The notes below the pieces were generated by a model. It had not been told where the DNA came from. It ran no database searches and worked only from the letters and a program-made list of their open reading frames with translations. A DNA stretch of 64,000 nucleotides from Saccostrea cucullata (taxonomy: Eukaryota): assembly GCF_032062105.1 (NCBI RefSeq), contig NW_026930802.1, positions 1 through 64,000 on the forward strand, read 5' to 3'. This document shows positions 1 through 13,055 of this stretch, in pieces; within the stretch, counting starts at the first letter, position 1, and the number at the start of each line of letters is the position of its first letter. The translations under genes and the position numbers were made by a program.

Positions 1-626
1 ATGAAATTAATATAATAATACCATTGCATTGTCCGGATATTGCGTCACATGTCTCAATAAATGGACAACTGCTACAATTTCCCTCACAATTGTATCCAAA
101 GCGTCCATCTGGGCACTCTGAAAGTAAAATTCCATTATCAAAAGATATTTTTTTGTGTAACATTTGTATATCTTATGCTGTATAGTGAATAGGAAAGATT
201 ATAGGCTTTCACTGTCCGTCAGTTTGTTTGTCTTTCTGTCCATCCGGTCGTCTAGTTCCCCTCTGTTTGTCTGTCAGTCAGTCTGTATTGCACAAATTTT
301 TTCTTAGCCTTGCAGATATATTGCTCATGATTGGTACCGGGATGTGACTTTATCATGATTAATTATAAAACAAGTTTACATTTTGTTCCGTTTGAATGAT
401 TTTTGACAGAATTGTGGAGTTTTAAATCTTTATTGGAAAGAAATTTACACTTTATACTTGCTGGTAGGGCACTAATACAAAACTCTCAGAATGCATGTTA
501 TAATTAAACTTAAGTAGCCATTGTTAATAATAATTACGATGAATACACGTAACATAATTTTCAGTATTTCAACATGGAACTAATACAGGTCAGCGCATTT
601 TTAAGCTCACGTGGTTTTTCACACAA

Positions 627-778
627 ATGTGTGACCAGTAGGCAAGGGAGGCTCACTCCTTCATGGCACCTAATCCCACCTCTGACGGTTTTGAGGTCCG
701 TGTTTGCTCTGCTCTTAATTTGTATTGTTTTTTGGACTTCGATATTGAATACTGTTCGTTATATCCATATTTTTCATT
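627..778 (+). repeat. Dispersed repeat with HDV-like ribozyme topology (probable 3' end of a Penelope-like retroelement), degenerate copy
   Basis: Motif gtgtgacc..ctcactcc(t/c)tc-atggcacct(a/g)atcccacctctg..gaggtccgtgtttgc recurs at 23570-23692(-), 25975-26115(-) and 55985-56120(+). Retroelement assignment is from recall of mollusc repeats. Confidence 0.55.
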
Positions 779-2661
779 AAATGTATATCAACGTTTACCA
801 AGTATTATTCTTATGTATGTATCTTTTGAATTTTTTGTTAGTAAAACAAAATTAAAATAATAATAAGTCAAAAAGTCAAACTCCACATATAAAATATATT
901 TTGTTGCTCGTTATACAATATAGAATTGTTCCGTTATAAAGTATAGTTATGTAATATGTGACGTTAATTTGTGCGGAAAGCCTTTGAGTTTAAAAAGTGC
1001 GCCAAGCTGTATATATTTGCTGCTCTTCTGGGATACTATTTCTCTGACCTTGGGGATATGACTTTTTCATAGTCTCAGTAACCTTAATAATGTCAATTAA
1101 ATTAAAAAAAAAACAATTATATGTATCTTAGACATTGTACGTTTCTGTAAAAGTATACTTTGTATAATTGATGACAACCATTCTGAGAGTATTGCATTTA
1201 CAACACTAGTCCCGTACCGGCAATTTAAACAGATACTCGAAAAAATACCAAAATACAGGGGAAAAACATCAAAGGGTAAAAGGCAATTTTAATCTTTAAC
1301 TTGTCAAGGCACAGTCACCTACCAAAAAATCAGTTCAATATCTGCAAAAGTTTTAAAAAATACACGAAACTTTTGAAAATTGAATATCTCGTCAAATATC
1401 TATGAAAACCTGACTTATAACTCATCAAGATAAATTTATGTACCAAAAATCAGCTCAAAATCTGAAAGTGTTTAGAAAAAAAAATGGCGGCAAACCAAGT
1501 GGGATAGACTGACAGACAGTGATGGGGTAATGGTAATGTGTAATGGTAATTGACTGTAATTAATTACAGATTTCGATGTAATTGAAAGTAATGTGTAATT
1601 GGCCAAATTTTTAATTACAAGTAATGGTAATTAAATTAATTGCTTTCCAAAAAGGCATGTAACTCACAATTACTTTTCAATTACATTCAATTACACTGAT
1701 TTTAAATAAATGAAAAATCCTCCACTCCCTACCATCTCATAAACATTATTTAAGAAAGGTTAACTGATTTTTTTTTGAGCAAATATTCTGATAGAATTTC
1801 TTAAAAGAATTTTAACATATAGTCATATTTCCCTTTAAAACATGTTAAAGTATATTGCTAATTAGAGATTTTCCTATTTTATTTTCTTAAAAACTTTTAA
1901 TTCAAATTAATCTTTGTAAAGTGACGAAATAAGATTTATATTTTGATTTTTTAATTAATCCATTTCAAAATAAGTAGTACAATGGCTTCTAATCCTCTTG
2001 TTTGCAATATCTTCAGCTGTGTTAGAAGTTATTATCAGGTGCTAATTAGTGTCCTGGAGTCATGTACATATTCCTTAATTATAGATAATTTTCACACATT
2101 TTGATCTTGTCTCTTGGTATTTTTATTCACACACACCTTTGCATTTAAATTGTAGCTTGGCACAGAATAAGTCAAATACCAACATTTTGAGAATATCTTA
2201 ATATGTTGTTGAAATGAGGAAGTATTAATGCAAAAGGCATCAATTGTACTTTCAACAAAAATTTAATCAAATGTTTCATGATTCCAAATTTTTAACATAT
2301 AAATTAATTAAGGTAAAACCATGAATAAACTTTCTACTAGTAGTATCTGTGTATTCCTGTCACAAATACCCCAGTGGAAAGAATCTTCAGTGTGGCAGGA
2401 AAATCTTCAAATCTAATAGTTGTAGGTTAGGAGACACAGTAATTGAAAATTGTATGAACATCTTAAAAATATTATTGTAAAAATATGTTGAAAAATAATC
2501 TGATATAAATATAAAGGATTAGGAATGTACATGACTATTTCCATTTTAATTTATACATGTTTTCTTGAATGTAATGTGTAATTTAATTAATTACATTTGC
2601 AAAGTAATTATAACTTGATCAATTACATTTCAAAATCCATGTAATGGTAATGGTAATTTAA

Positions 2662-5600
2662 AGGAATAGTCTCTAAGGTCTGAACGATATTTTCATAGGC
2701 AATAAATTAGCACGTAAATGTGTGAAATACATTATTAGGACAATCCCTCATTACTGCAAGCTTAAAAGAAGTTTGCTGATTAACAGAATCAATAAATATT
2801 ATCACCCATCTGTGAAGTCTGTTTACTGCCCTCATTATTGCTCGGCATGATTTCCGAAGATAGCCGACTCAGCAGGAAGATGCTGACCATCTTATCATTT
2901 TCACTTTGGATGCTTAGTAGCAGAGAATGGACACAGAAGAGGTAAGTTTCATGTATTTAAAGCTTAGAGAACCTTAAAATTATACTTAAAAAGTTCTATT
3001 TACATTTATATTATCTTTAAAACACACCTCAGTTGAACAGAGTGACCTCCATCGGGTTATAATATGTGAGGGGCCTCATAAAGGTTAACTCACCAACAAA
3101 CATTACACTACAGAAAGTATAGTTGCGTTGGCAGTTTTGTGTTTTTGTTTGAAAACAGACAAAAACAAATCATGTAAAACTAAAAAATTCCCCTTTTCTA
3201 TCATACATTTTAAAAAAGATGAAATAAAGAGGGGGAATTTTAAACAAGGCCTGAACACATCAGTTGATAATATGAAATAGACAGCATAAGTAATCCTTGA
3301 ATTAAAATTTCAAAAAGACTCCCAAATCTCAAACTTAATTGAAACTGAAGTTGAGCTTTTTAAGTTTTGAATTTTTAATTTTTTTTAATATATACATATT
3401 TTTACCAGACATATGAACAATTACATACACGCATTAATTATATATCTGTCTATTAAAAAAAAAAACTAATTAAGCCTGCTCCTAATTTACAGTATACATT
3501 TACCTATGCTAACAAAACTGAATTAAAATAATTGCAATTATAGAGATTTTGACATATTTTTCATGTTTAAAATATTAAGTAATTGAAGATCATGTGTTTT
3601 TGATAGGTATTTTTTGCTTAAATTGATTTCATGAACATGTATGTTATTTTTATGAATAAAATTTTTTATTATAGAATGAATAATACAAATGTATAATTTT
3701 TATTATAGAATATCAATTTATCAAGACAGACATCTTCTTCCCCAGAATCCTCATCCTCTTCAGATTTGGGAAGGCGGAGGGGAAGAGGCAGAGGGCGTGG
3801 GAGAGGAGGATTCTGAAAATTGCTTCCAGAGAGAAGTATGGAAGAGAGGAGAGTGTCAAATCCCCTAAATGCATTCCTCTGTTTAGGACAGGCTGTGAGC
3901 ACCATTGCTGCAGCTTGATGTCCATCAGAACAATTCTATAAATAAACCATATGATAATTTATTAATCTGTTTCCAATTCATAGTACCTGGGTACTTTATT
4001 AAAACATGAGATTAAAAGGCAATTTTCTTACGTACCCATTTGAAATAGAGTGCCGATCCAACAACAGTTTTCTCCAAATGCACTGATTTTTGGCATCCTT
4101 TAAGCTGACAATTTGGTAGGACAGGTAATTCAGCTAATGTGTGAAGCTGTGAAAGATAAACAAGGAAAGGGCGGTCTTCCTTACAGCCCCCAATCTCTTC
4201 TGGAGTTAAAATTTTGGCAATCCCGGGGCGAAGATCATCATTTGATTCCTCATCAGAGCTATCCTCATTTTCAGAGTCCTCAACCACGGCTTCAGTCTGA
4301 GTGTCCTTCTTATGACAGGGATTAAATTTTATTAATAATTCTAATGTTAATCAGTAGATTGAAAATATTGAAATATGAAAATAAATTAAATAATTTACTG
4401 GCTTAGCAGCAAGGTGTCCTTGCAAAACATACCTCATGGTCATTATGAAACTAGGCTCATAATCTTCATCTGATGAATCCTCTGAGTTCTCGTTGGTGTA
4501 GTTTTCTGATAAGCAGATTGAGAGACTACGAAACAAAATTTCTGTAAGATCAACATGGATTATGATAATTATTCTGATATAATAGATACAATGACATAAA
4601 TCAGTAATAACAAATATTATTTAAAAGTATTCTGATGGCATGCATATCAAACCTTATACTATGGAAATAATTTTTATATGATACCTATGATTTAAATAAT
4701 TGTACTTACTCTAAAGGATTCAAGAAACTGCTTGGAGCTGTTGTTTTCTTATCAGTTTTTACAAACTGTTCTACACCAGATAAATCTGAATTTCTAAAAG
4801 TAGAAACATAACACCTATACATGTATATTAAATATATCTTTCAAGAATGGTGATATAAGGTCTAGATACTACTCAAATTTTAAAGAATATTTTATTCTAA
4901 TTGCCAATCTTGTTAATTTACCTGTCCCCCTTGTCTAGATCTGAAGATATTTCAGACACATCTGAAAATTTGGGTGGGAGAATGGTCGCTGTTGGTCCCG
5001 GTGTTGATGTCACTGCACTTATTGCAGTTTTAACCTTCTTGGGAGAACTTTCAAACTTCAAGGTTTCATTCCTATATATACGACATTTATGTTCATATTG
5101 GTTCATTTGAGACACTGATTTAATAGTTAATTCTTAATTAATTTCAATATAGTATCAGTCCTTTTATCTAAAATACTTTATATAGCATTATATTGCACAA
5201 ACAAAATTAATAAAGCAGCAGGTTTTATCTTTTGTTAATACCTATCGCATTTACTAAACAAAGAAAGCGTACCCCCTGGGTTTCGCTCAGCATTCCCAGT
5301 TTGTTTACATACTGTTTACATTTGTTAATCGGCTTAATCCCCATTTTCTCTCTAAAATATTGCAGTTTTAGATAAAAATAAAAGATAAACTCATTCCTAC
5401 TACTAAATACCTATACTGAAATCAAGATTTATTTAGCAGTTTTTGTGAAAATGAACATTATTTTACTTACCAATGAAGCAGGTACTCTGCTACATCGGCA
5501 TGAGTTTAAGCTGCAGCGTCTCTTTTAATTCCATCCAACGATCATAGTGACCACCTATAGCTATTCTGCTTTGATTGTATTTTGACACAACTGAAGTTCT

Positions 5601-5939
5601 GTTTCAGTTTTCTTGCTGAATCTGTTAAAGATCGTTTTCTCCCACGTGTTGATCTCTTCTCCTCCGACATCTTCGGCTACTTTGACCTCGGTCAGGGATG
5701 CGCAGTTTGTTTTACGAGCAGGGTCAGCAGGGGTCTTCGTGAATGGAGCAAAGATAAAAGCCGAATTTTTGTGTGGATGATAAAAATTCATCCCGGCAGT
5801 TTCTTTATTAAGTAAGTGATATGTAAGGCACTCTGCTGAGTGCAAAGCTTGACAGATCAACATCATTTGACAGGGTCTGTTATACCAAATGCAGAAAAAG
5901 TATATTATTTTGTTTGAATGAACCTTAGAGACTATCCCT
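2662..5939. mobile_element. Kolobok-superfamily DNA transposon, internally deleted
   Basis: TIRs AGGAATAGTCTCTAAGGT (2662) / ACCTTAGAGACTATCCCT (ends 5939); TTAA TSD at 2658-2661 and 5940-5943; AG..CT termini; carries Kolobok-type transposase exons. Confidence 0.8.
3810..5670 (-). pseudogene. N-terminal half of a Kolobok-type transposase (about 6 exons, frameshifted, no DDE core)
   Basis: ATG 5670 MSEEKRSTRGRKRSLTDSARK..SRIAIGGHYDRWMELKETLQLK/THADVAEYLLHW (two frameshifts, donor 5470). Acidic exons follow, then FLVYLSQLHTL..C..GC..GSALYFKW and CSDGH..WCSQPVLNRGMHLGDLTLSS/ILLSGSNFQ, recalled as typical of Kolobok transposase N-termini. Confidence 0.65.
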
Positions 5940-7525
5940 TTAATTGAAGGTTTTGGGAAAGTAATTGTAATTTAATTAATTACTTTCCTATGTAATTGAG
6001 ATGACATTGTTCTTTATCAAGACAAACCCCGCATGACTGAGCACAGTTTAGTCCAAATTTACCTCCGTCGCATTCTAAAGAAATGAAAAGTTTTTATGGC
6101 TAATTTTTAGGCTAATATATTTGGTAATTTGTAAATAACGCACCTTTTTAGTGCAATTTAGAAGTCTAATATTTTACGTTATGTGCATTATTGTTCAACT
6201 TTCAGAATTTATTAATTGAGAAGAAAAGCACAAAAATAAGTCATTTTGGTTCATGTAAAAATGTTTCTGTGAAACAAGGGATCAAATACAGTATTTCTTA
6301 AGTACATGTATATGTATTACATCATATTTTGTATTTTTAGTTTAGTTTTGTTTTATTTTGAATTTTCTATAAAATACTCTCAATTTTTTAAAAATATGTA
6401 AAATGTAAAACAATTTATTACTCTTGTCACATTTTGTATCCTTCCACCCTGCCTGGCAGCCATTTTGACATTGCCCTGTTTTCCTGTCACATCTTGTCCG
6501 CTCTCCACAATTGACGTCACACATGTCTAGGCAGTTGTATCCATACCACCCTTCAGAACACGCTAACAGAAAAATGAAGAGAGTTCTTAAAAAGTAGCAA
6601 AGGTTATGTAGGTTTTAAATTTTTCCTTAGTTTTTTTTCCACTTTTGTATGGTCATCAGTTGGTCTGTATAATTTTTAAAAGAATATGTAGGTTGACGAT
6701 ACGTAAGCCGATGGATATGAAAAAGACAATATACTGATTTTTACTATAGATTCGTGATTAATCAACCTTGTGTACATCTGTCTCCATAGTAACCTCTATC
6801 GCATCCGTTCAAGCATGACCCGTTAATGTGATGACATTGTTCATTTCCGAAGCAAAGCCCGCATGAGTGAGCACAATTTTGTCCGAATTTACCACCGTCA
6901 CAAACTATAAATAGAATACGAAATTAATATACCCCATAATATTATTCTAATCATATATTCCAAGCTCTCTGATTTGCTTAAACGTGGTCACATGATTTAG
7001 TATATAACAGCATATAGACTTGAGTTACTATTTATGAATCTGAAATGCATATCGTCTTGATGTTTCTTAAAATAGAGGTAATTTTCTGTAAAACAAGAAA
7101 TTAATAGGAAAGATTTCACAGTTATAGCTAAAACATTGTATGACTTGATGTTTCTAAAAAATAAATATATACTTCAACTTGTATTTAAATTTGTAATGTT
7201 GTGTAACTCATAAGATGTAACAATGGCCTGAATTAAGATCTACTTAATATTAGAATATATTGAATATCTTTGTTAAAAGTGATACAAAACATAATCAAAA
7301 AGATGTACATTTGTAGTATTTTCAACTAGTAAATCCTCAAAATTATGTAAAAATCAAAAAAATGTCAAGGAAAGTTTAACTCAGTTATATTAAACAACTA
7401 TTTATTTTGATTTCTAGTCTCTTAGTGTTTAAGAGAGAAAACTTGTGGTTTGTTCCCATTTTTTCTAATTGGTTTTTTATCAACGTGTTTTAAAAAATTA
7501 TAAAACAAATGTAGCCCTTTAATTC

Positions 7526-7630
7526 GGTCAATCCATAGATACATCGACTTCACAGAAAAGCATATCGACCTCGCACTTCGTGCTCGGTCAATATGCTTTT
7601 CTGTGAAGTCGATATATCTATGGATCGACC
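7526..7630. repeat. Near-perfect palindromic (hairpin) element in a gene A intron
   Basis: ggtcaatccatagatacatcgacttcacagaaaagcatat..gcacttcgtgc..atatgcttttctgtgaagtcgatatatctatggatcgacc. Confidence 0.8.
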
Positions 7631-8553
7631 TCATCAAAGGGGTATATTTATTTATTACTTTTATAACAATTCTTTTGATTACAAAATGGGGAATAAATGT
7701 GTTTGACAGTCCTACAATATATGTTCGTGGATTTTTTTTTACATTAAGAGGATATTGGTACTGCATGATGAATCTGTATTAACCAAATCTGTACTAAATT
7801 ATCAAGACGAAAAGAAACTTAAATACAACATGTACATATGATTTGCTATATTGTCCTGAAGAGATAAAAGGAAAATCTGTAGATATTTGAATGAAAGTTA
7901 AGATAATGGCCTAAAAATATGAAAAACCCAATACTTTCATAGATCTAACCATGCTAACGACATATTTTTTTTGCAAAGATGTTAATGGTTGTTTCGACAA
8001 CAGTATTCAATTATTTTTATAAATGATATATTTTAGACAGTATCCTATATCATTATAAAAATTGTTCCTTCCTTGATTATGCTCTTCGGGTATGAAATGA
8101 ATCGGCAATTACTCGGTGTTATGCTTAAACCAAACTATGAAGGAGACTGCAAGTGATCCAGTAATACATGCGAGTTTAGATGTATCGCTGAATCGGGTGA
8201 AATTGATAATTCTTCGTAGTTACAGATATAGTTATGATATGCCTTTATTTTTAAACCGTATAAAAACCTAACCATTAGCTAGTTATAATCATCACAAAAA
8301 AACGATTTTAAAACTTTTATTAAAGCACAAGTCATTAATTATGTATTCTTTCTCATCTCTCTCTCTTAAAAAATCTTTTCAGGAGTGGCTTGTAGTTACG
8401 TACATTGTTCACATCGTGAGCCTTTCTGCCCGGCAATACATCCAAAACAAGTCCCGTCCACAATGCTACAGCGTTCTTCACGACAAGTCTGCGGACACGG
8501 AAATGTACAATTCTCTCCGAAAATAACAAAGGAAGGGCATCCTATATTGAATA

Positions 8554-8697
8554 NNNNNNNNNNNNNNNNNNNNNNNNNNNNNNNNNNNNNNNNNNNNNNN
8601 NNNNNNNNNNNNNNNNNNNNNNNNNNNNNNNNNNNNNNNNNNNNNNNNNNNNNNNNNNNNNNNNNNNNNNNNNNNNNNNNNNNNNNNNNNNNNNNNN
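8554..8697. other. Assembly gap (144 N)
   Basis: Run of N just upstream of the acceptor of gene A exon 8541-8404. Confidence 0.99.
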
Positions 8698-8768
8698 CTA
8701 CATTGAGCCAAAGCTGGGGGATAAAAACACATAACGAGTTAAATAAATATATCCAAACCTCCTGAAGT

Positions 8769-8992
8769 ACCGTAGGTGGAAATTTTAGCGATACGTATTT
8801 AGCGATTTGTCCTTAGAAATTGGTATTTTATTTTTAGCGAGATGTATTTTTAGCGATTTTTATAAGCTCACTATATAAACTTTCACAAATAAAGCGCAAT
8901 TAATTTTTTACGATATTCAATGTTAGCGATCTTTGCATCCTAGCTAATAATGCCAAAATTAAATCCTCGCTAAAATTTCTGCTTATACGGCA
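8769..8992. mobile_element. Small MITE (TACCGTA..TACGG termini, internal TTAGCGA repeats)
   Basis: taccgtaggtggaaattttagcga ... tcgctaaaatttctgcttatacgg inverted ends. Confidence 0.55.
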
Positions 8993-11900
8993 AACTATTT
9001 CCTGTCATGCGTATTTGCAAAAACAAATACGAATGTTTTAAACTTTATTTAGATCTAGAATAACTCAATGAATCGATCAGAGATCTGGTGGTGAGATTAG
9101 ATAACAAGTGAAGATGTTTGATCCAGCTTTTCTTCATTGCATTGGTTGACAATGGTTTTCCATGGGGTGTCAATTTCAACTGTTACCCTAAAAAACAGGC
9201 ACCATTTACAAAGTACAACGTAAAGTATTGATTGTTATTCCTTATACAGAATAAGGTATGTATTTTATCATCCCTTACCATAAACCTGGACTTCACAGAG
9301 TTCATTGTACGCGTATGTAGAATATCCATCAGGGTAGGTAACTCCTGGGAGTCTCTCATTGTAATAGATGACGTACCGTCCATGCTTTATACATTCTATT
9401 GTAATATTACTCGGTATCGTGTCTCTAGTGTAGTTTGTGTCTTTAAAACATAAATAACCGTCATCTTTGTTGGTTGTGTTTGATATAAAAAGCGAAAATC
9501 CTAGGAATCGGGTTGTGTATCCATTGTCAGGGCCTTATGGAATATAATTAACTTTGAAAATGTGAAATAAAAACTTACAGGTCCATGCGTTCATAAACTG
9601 TGATGGAAATATCTAAATCGTATGTTAAATGTTCATTTAAATCAAATAAGTAAAATGGACGAAAATAAGCAACATGTTCCAATATTCAATGTTTATGCAT
9701 GTAGTTAGCTGTTAAAATCTTCGATAATTCGGATTTTAATTAACATAATACTGATGAAAGACTATTAAAAAGTAGCCCAATGAAAGAAAAAAAAAATCTA
9801 TAAAACACATCAAAGTTTCGAAAAGTAACATATTTATAAACAGAGGTTATCAGCTCATTAATTATATTAATGATTTTTTAAATCTTAACTTTGATTACTG
9901 TTATAATGAAATCGGAAAAATAGATGTTTATTTTTTTCTATATTGTAACATTAAAATACATTGTAATATAATTAGTAATATTGTACCCCATGGAAGGTTG
10001 TCCGTCCTGTAGTAGATAGTAATATGATGTATGTTAAGAAATTTTCCTAGATCCACACGCCAGGTTGCAGTTCTTTTATAATTGCCAGATACTGTACATT
10101 GTCCTCCATATGGAGACCGGCTTGAAAACTTCCCATCCACGGCTTTATCCGGTGGATATGAATATTTGTATGTATACCAATGCTGCTGCCATGTTGGTTT
10201 CCTTAAAGCAAGATTTTCTTTAAAAAAGAAAAAAACATATTCATTTGGATATATGTATCAGTATTTGTATGTATGCCAATGCTCCTGACATGTTTCTTTC
10301 TTTAAAGCAAGATTTTCTTAAAAAAGAAAACACATTCATATTCAAGTGGATACATGTACCAGCATTTATATATATACATGTACCAATGCGCCTGCCATTT
10401 TGGTTTTTTGAGAGCAAGATTATCTTAAGAAAAAGAAATCGAAAGAATTTTTGAAGTCAGTGCTGGATTCTTCAGGGGAAAAAAAAATGAAGGAAATGCA
10501 TTATTTTTTTTAAATGAGAATTCTTTTTTGCAACAGACAAACGTATTTCTTTTCTGTATTACACTCTTAATATTTCAGAAAATAATACACATGTTTGTTT
10601 ATTGAATATTCATGTTAATTTTGATTCTGCATTTTATATACACTGTAACTATTTATTTTGCTACAAAATGGAATTTAATATAACTTTGTAATAAGAGGAA
10701 AGAATACCTATTATAGTAAGTAATGTGTTTGTTTGGTATCGATAATTGAATAAAGAAAAAAAAGGCCAAAGATCTTGGCTATTGCCCTAATTTAATTTCA
10801 GAATCATAAATAGTATTTATTATTTTGTGTGTGTTTTGAAACGACCTTTTATTTTTTAATATCCTATCCATTTTCCTCATAACTACATCTACGTAAGTTC
10901 ATGTATTAACCACGTTGAATGAAGAAATACAACGGAGATATATATAGGAACTACCACGTTTTGTTGTTGGATGTGATTTTTATCAACCGAGTTGTGAGTA
11001 AAATCACACAACGAGTTGGATAAAATATCACAGTCTAATTTAGTTTCCTAGATATTACATGCACTAACATGCTTTCTTATGACAATAAGGTGAATGTTTA
11101 AGAAAATAAAACCTTTACGAAGAACAAAGAATCAAATGCCGAAAAAAGGTATTCACTGAAGTATTATATACTCAACAGCAGATTATTTATAATTTGCTTA
11201 AGCATTGCTTTAACCAGAAAATATGTAAAAGATATCTTGCAAAAATCTCTTTATGGATACCTAATATGGCGAAGCACTGTTTGACACAAATGAAAACGCA
11301 AGATTGGAAGTGAATGGCCATTTTTCCCTTAATTTATTCTTTAACTTATGAGTTACAAAAATGTAACAGTTTCACAACTCAGAGGTGATTAAGGCAGCAG
11401 AATTACAAGTAGAACGTACAATATGAATAAAAAAAGGAGATGATCTCAAATTTTCAAATTTCCTTAAACGTACATATCGAACTCATTTGCAAAATCATCG
11501 AAACTCTTAGTGACAGATGTAAAATATAGTATTGTTTGGTAGATTTATATGTGTAGAATAGTTTTTACCAAGTACATGTACTTCATTGACGAAAATGTTT
11601 AAATGAAGATGCAACAAATGAAAGTCGTGCACTGAAAAATTCCGTAAAAAATTAAATTAATCTTACCATAAGCCTCTGCTATTTTCCCAATCAATGAAAT
11701 TTCACAAAGAAAATAAATTAATGCAGCTCCACTTTTCATGTTTGAAACGGAATAACATATATACATAAAATGTTATAAGATTTTGTTTTAGGAAACCTTT
11801 TCTGAATGGGGTTAGAAAGCAAAAAAATGCTCAGCTATCTTCTACGCTTTAAGAGATTTTATATTTACGATTGTCATTTTTTAAGAAAGGAACATATATG

Positions 11901-12096
11901 TAAGAATAATAGCAAACGTTACTGAAGAATTTTAGTATGAAAATAGCTATTATAATATATTTCCTTCTTTTTATTTCCTTATGTGAAGAGTTATTTATAG
12001 AATAAAGTACGTCTCACATATTATCTATTTTTTCTCGTTTCATCGACACTCATTATCTACCAAATAATAATTGCCTCCATTTATTCAAGTTACTAA

Positions 12097-13055
12097 TTAA
12101 GGTCTTGCGTCTTCATCGGAAGACCTTCTTGTTATTCTTCGGGTTTTTTTTTTCACTTTTTTTTCTTCTATATCACTATTCTTTTTTTCTTACCGATTTT
12201 GTGCTCGCGATTTCTCGAAAACGGCTTGATGGATTTCAGTGAAACTTTCAGAACTTATGTAACATTACTTGAACCTTATATATTTTTTATGATGTCACTT
12301 CCGGTATGGAGATATTGTCGATTTTATGATTTTTGAAGGGTCAGGTTGTCCACTGACTTTCTAACAAATGGCTTTAGAAAGAAACATGAAACTTTCAGGT
12401 ATGATAGTCCTAAGTCTATAGATATGCGTAAGGTATTTCATTATTATCGGAAGTGCCGCACGTCGGCGATCGCTGTGGCCCGAAATAGTCTATCGCGAAT
12501 TTCATTTTAACACCTTTTTTACGATATCTTTTTACCTAGAAATATTTTGTTAAAACATATAGAACAAAAGAAGTGTAAAATTCTAAGATCTTTCAAAGAT
12601 ATCTCGAAAAAAGGGCTGGCCCCTAAAATTAGAGGCCTAGAGGAGCCAAAGGTTTTTCCTTTATATCTCAAAAAGTATTGAGAATTTGTAATACCTCAAA
12701 GAAGCAAAGTTGTTCAAAATGTCAAGATCAATCTATTGGAGTCATCAAAATACGTCCATCGACGTAACTTCCGGCCAAACCGGAAGTATTCAGAAAACGC
12801 GTACTTTTGCGGTTCTTGACAAGTTTTGGGGTAACATCTGTCACTGGGAGCATAAAAATTAATTTTTCCGTCCGTCGTCGTCACTTCCGGTCAAACCGGA
12901 AGTAGGAAAAACGCTTATTTTTGCACATAGATTTAGAGGATTTAAACCATTTTATTGGCGTTATTACTCTTTTTTGTAAAAAAAAATGAAAGTTACTTCC
13001 GGTCAAACAGGACGGAAGACCTACTCTTTGCTTTGCAACGAGCTTTGCTCTAGTT
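12097..13055 (+). mobile_element. Helentron-associated (HINE/DINE-1-like) non-autonomous element
   Basis: 5' subTIR/IR aggtcttgcgt..ggaagacct, (TTC)-rich tract, 3' ggaagaccta + short stem-loop + ctagtt, inserted in TT. Confidence 0.65.

Larger units (their letters stand above)
1517..5999. mobile_element. Non-autonomous DNA element with (GTAATG/GTAATT)-rich subterminal repeats, split by a Kolobok insertion; right end lost
   Basis: Starts CAGTGATGGGGTAATGGTAATG at 1517. The same motif resumes at 2570-2657 and, after the insertion, at 5944-5999, where it abuts a broken EGF exon. Confidence 0.55.
6001..11739 (-). pseudogene. Gene A: signal peptide + F-type lectin/F5-8-like domain + EGF repeats (MEGF10/CED-1/SREC-like), 3'-truncated
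   Basis: Phase-1 GT-AG exons: 11739-11667 (MKSGAALIYFLCEISLIGKIAEAY), 10217-9987 (ENLALRKPTWQ..AVDG..TATWRVDLG..IYYRTD), 9533-9279 (RFLGFSLFISNTT..GRYVIYYNERL..LCEVQVY), 8541-8404, 6904-6767, 6562-6422 (EGF). Exon 6074-6001 is cut by a transposon after QCH. Remaining exons are open; no TM exon is seen in the window. Confidence 0.75.

Noticed and set aside
5561-5866. 101-aa ORF as a THAP or other protein
   Set aside because: Wrong frame; the transposase-like reading starts at ATG 5670 in other frames.
8385-8765. ORFs spanning the N run
   Set aside because: Artefacts of the gap; the real exon is 8541-8404 on the minus strand.
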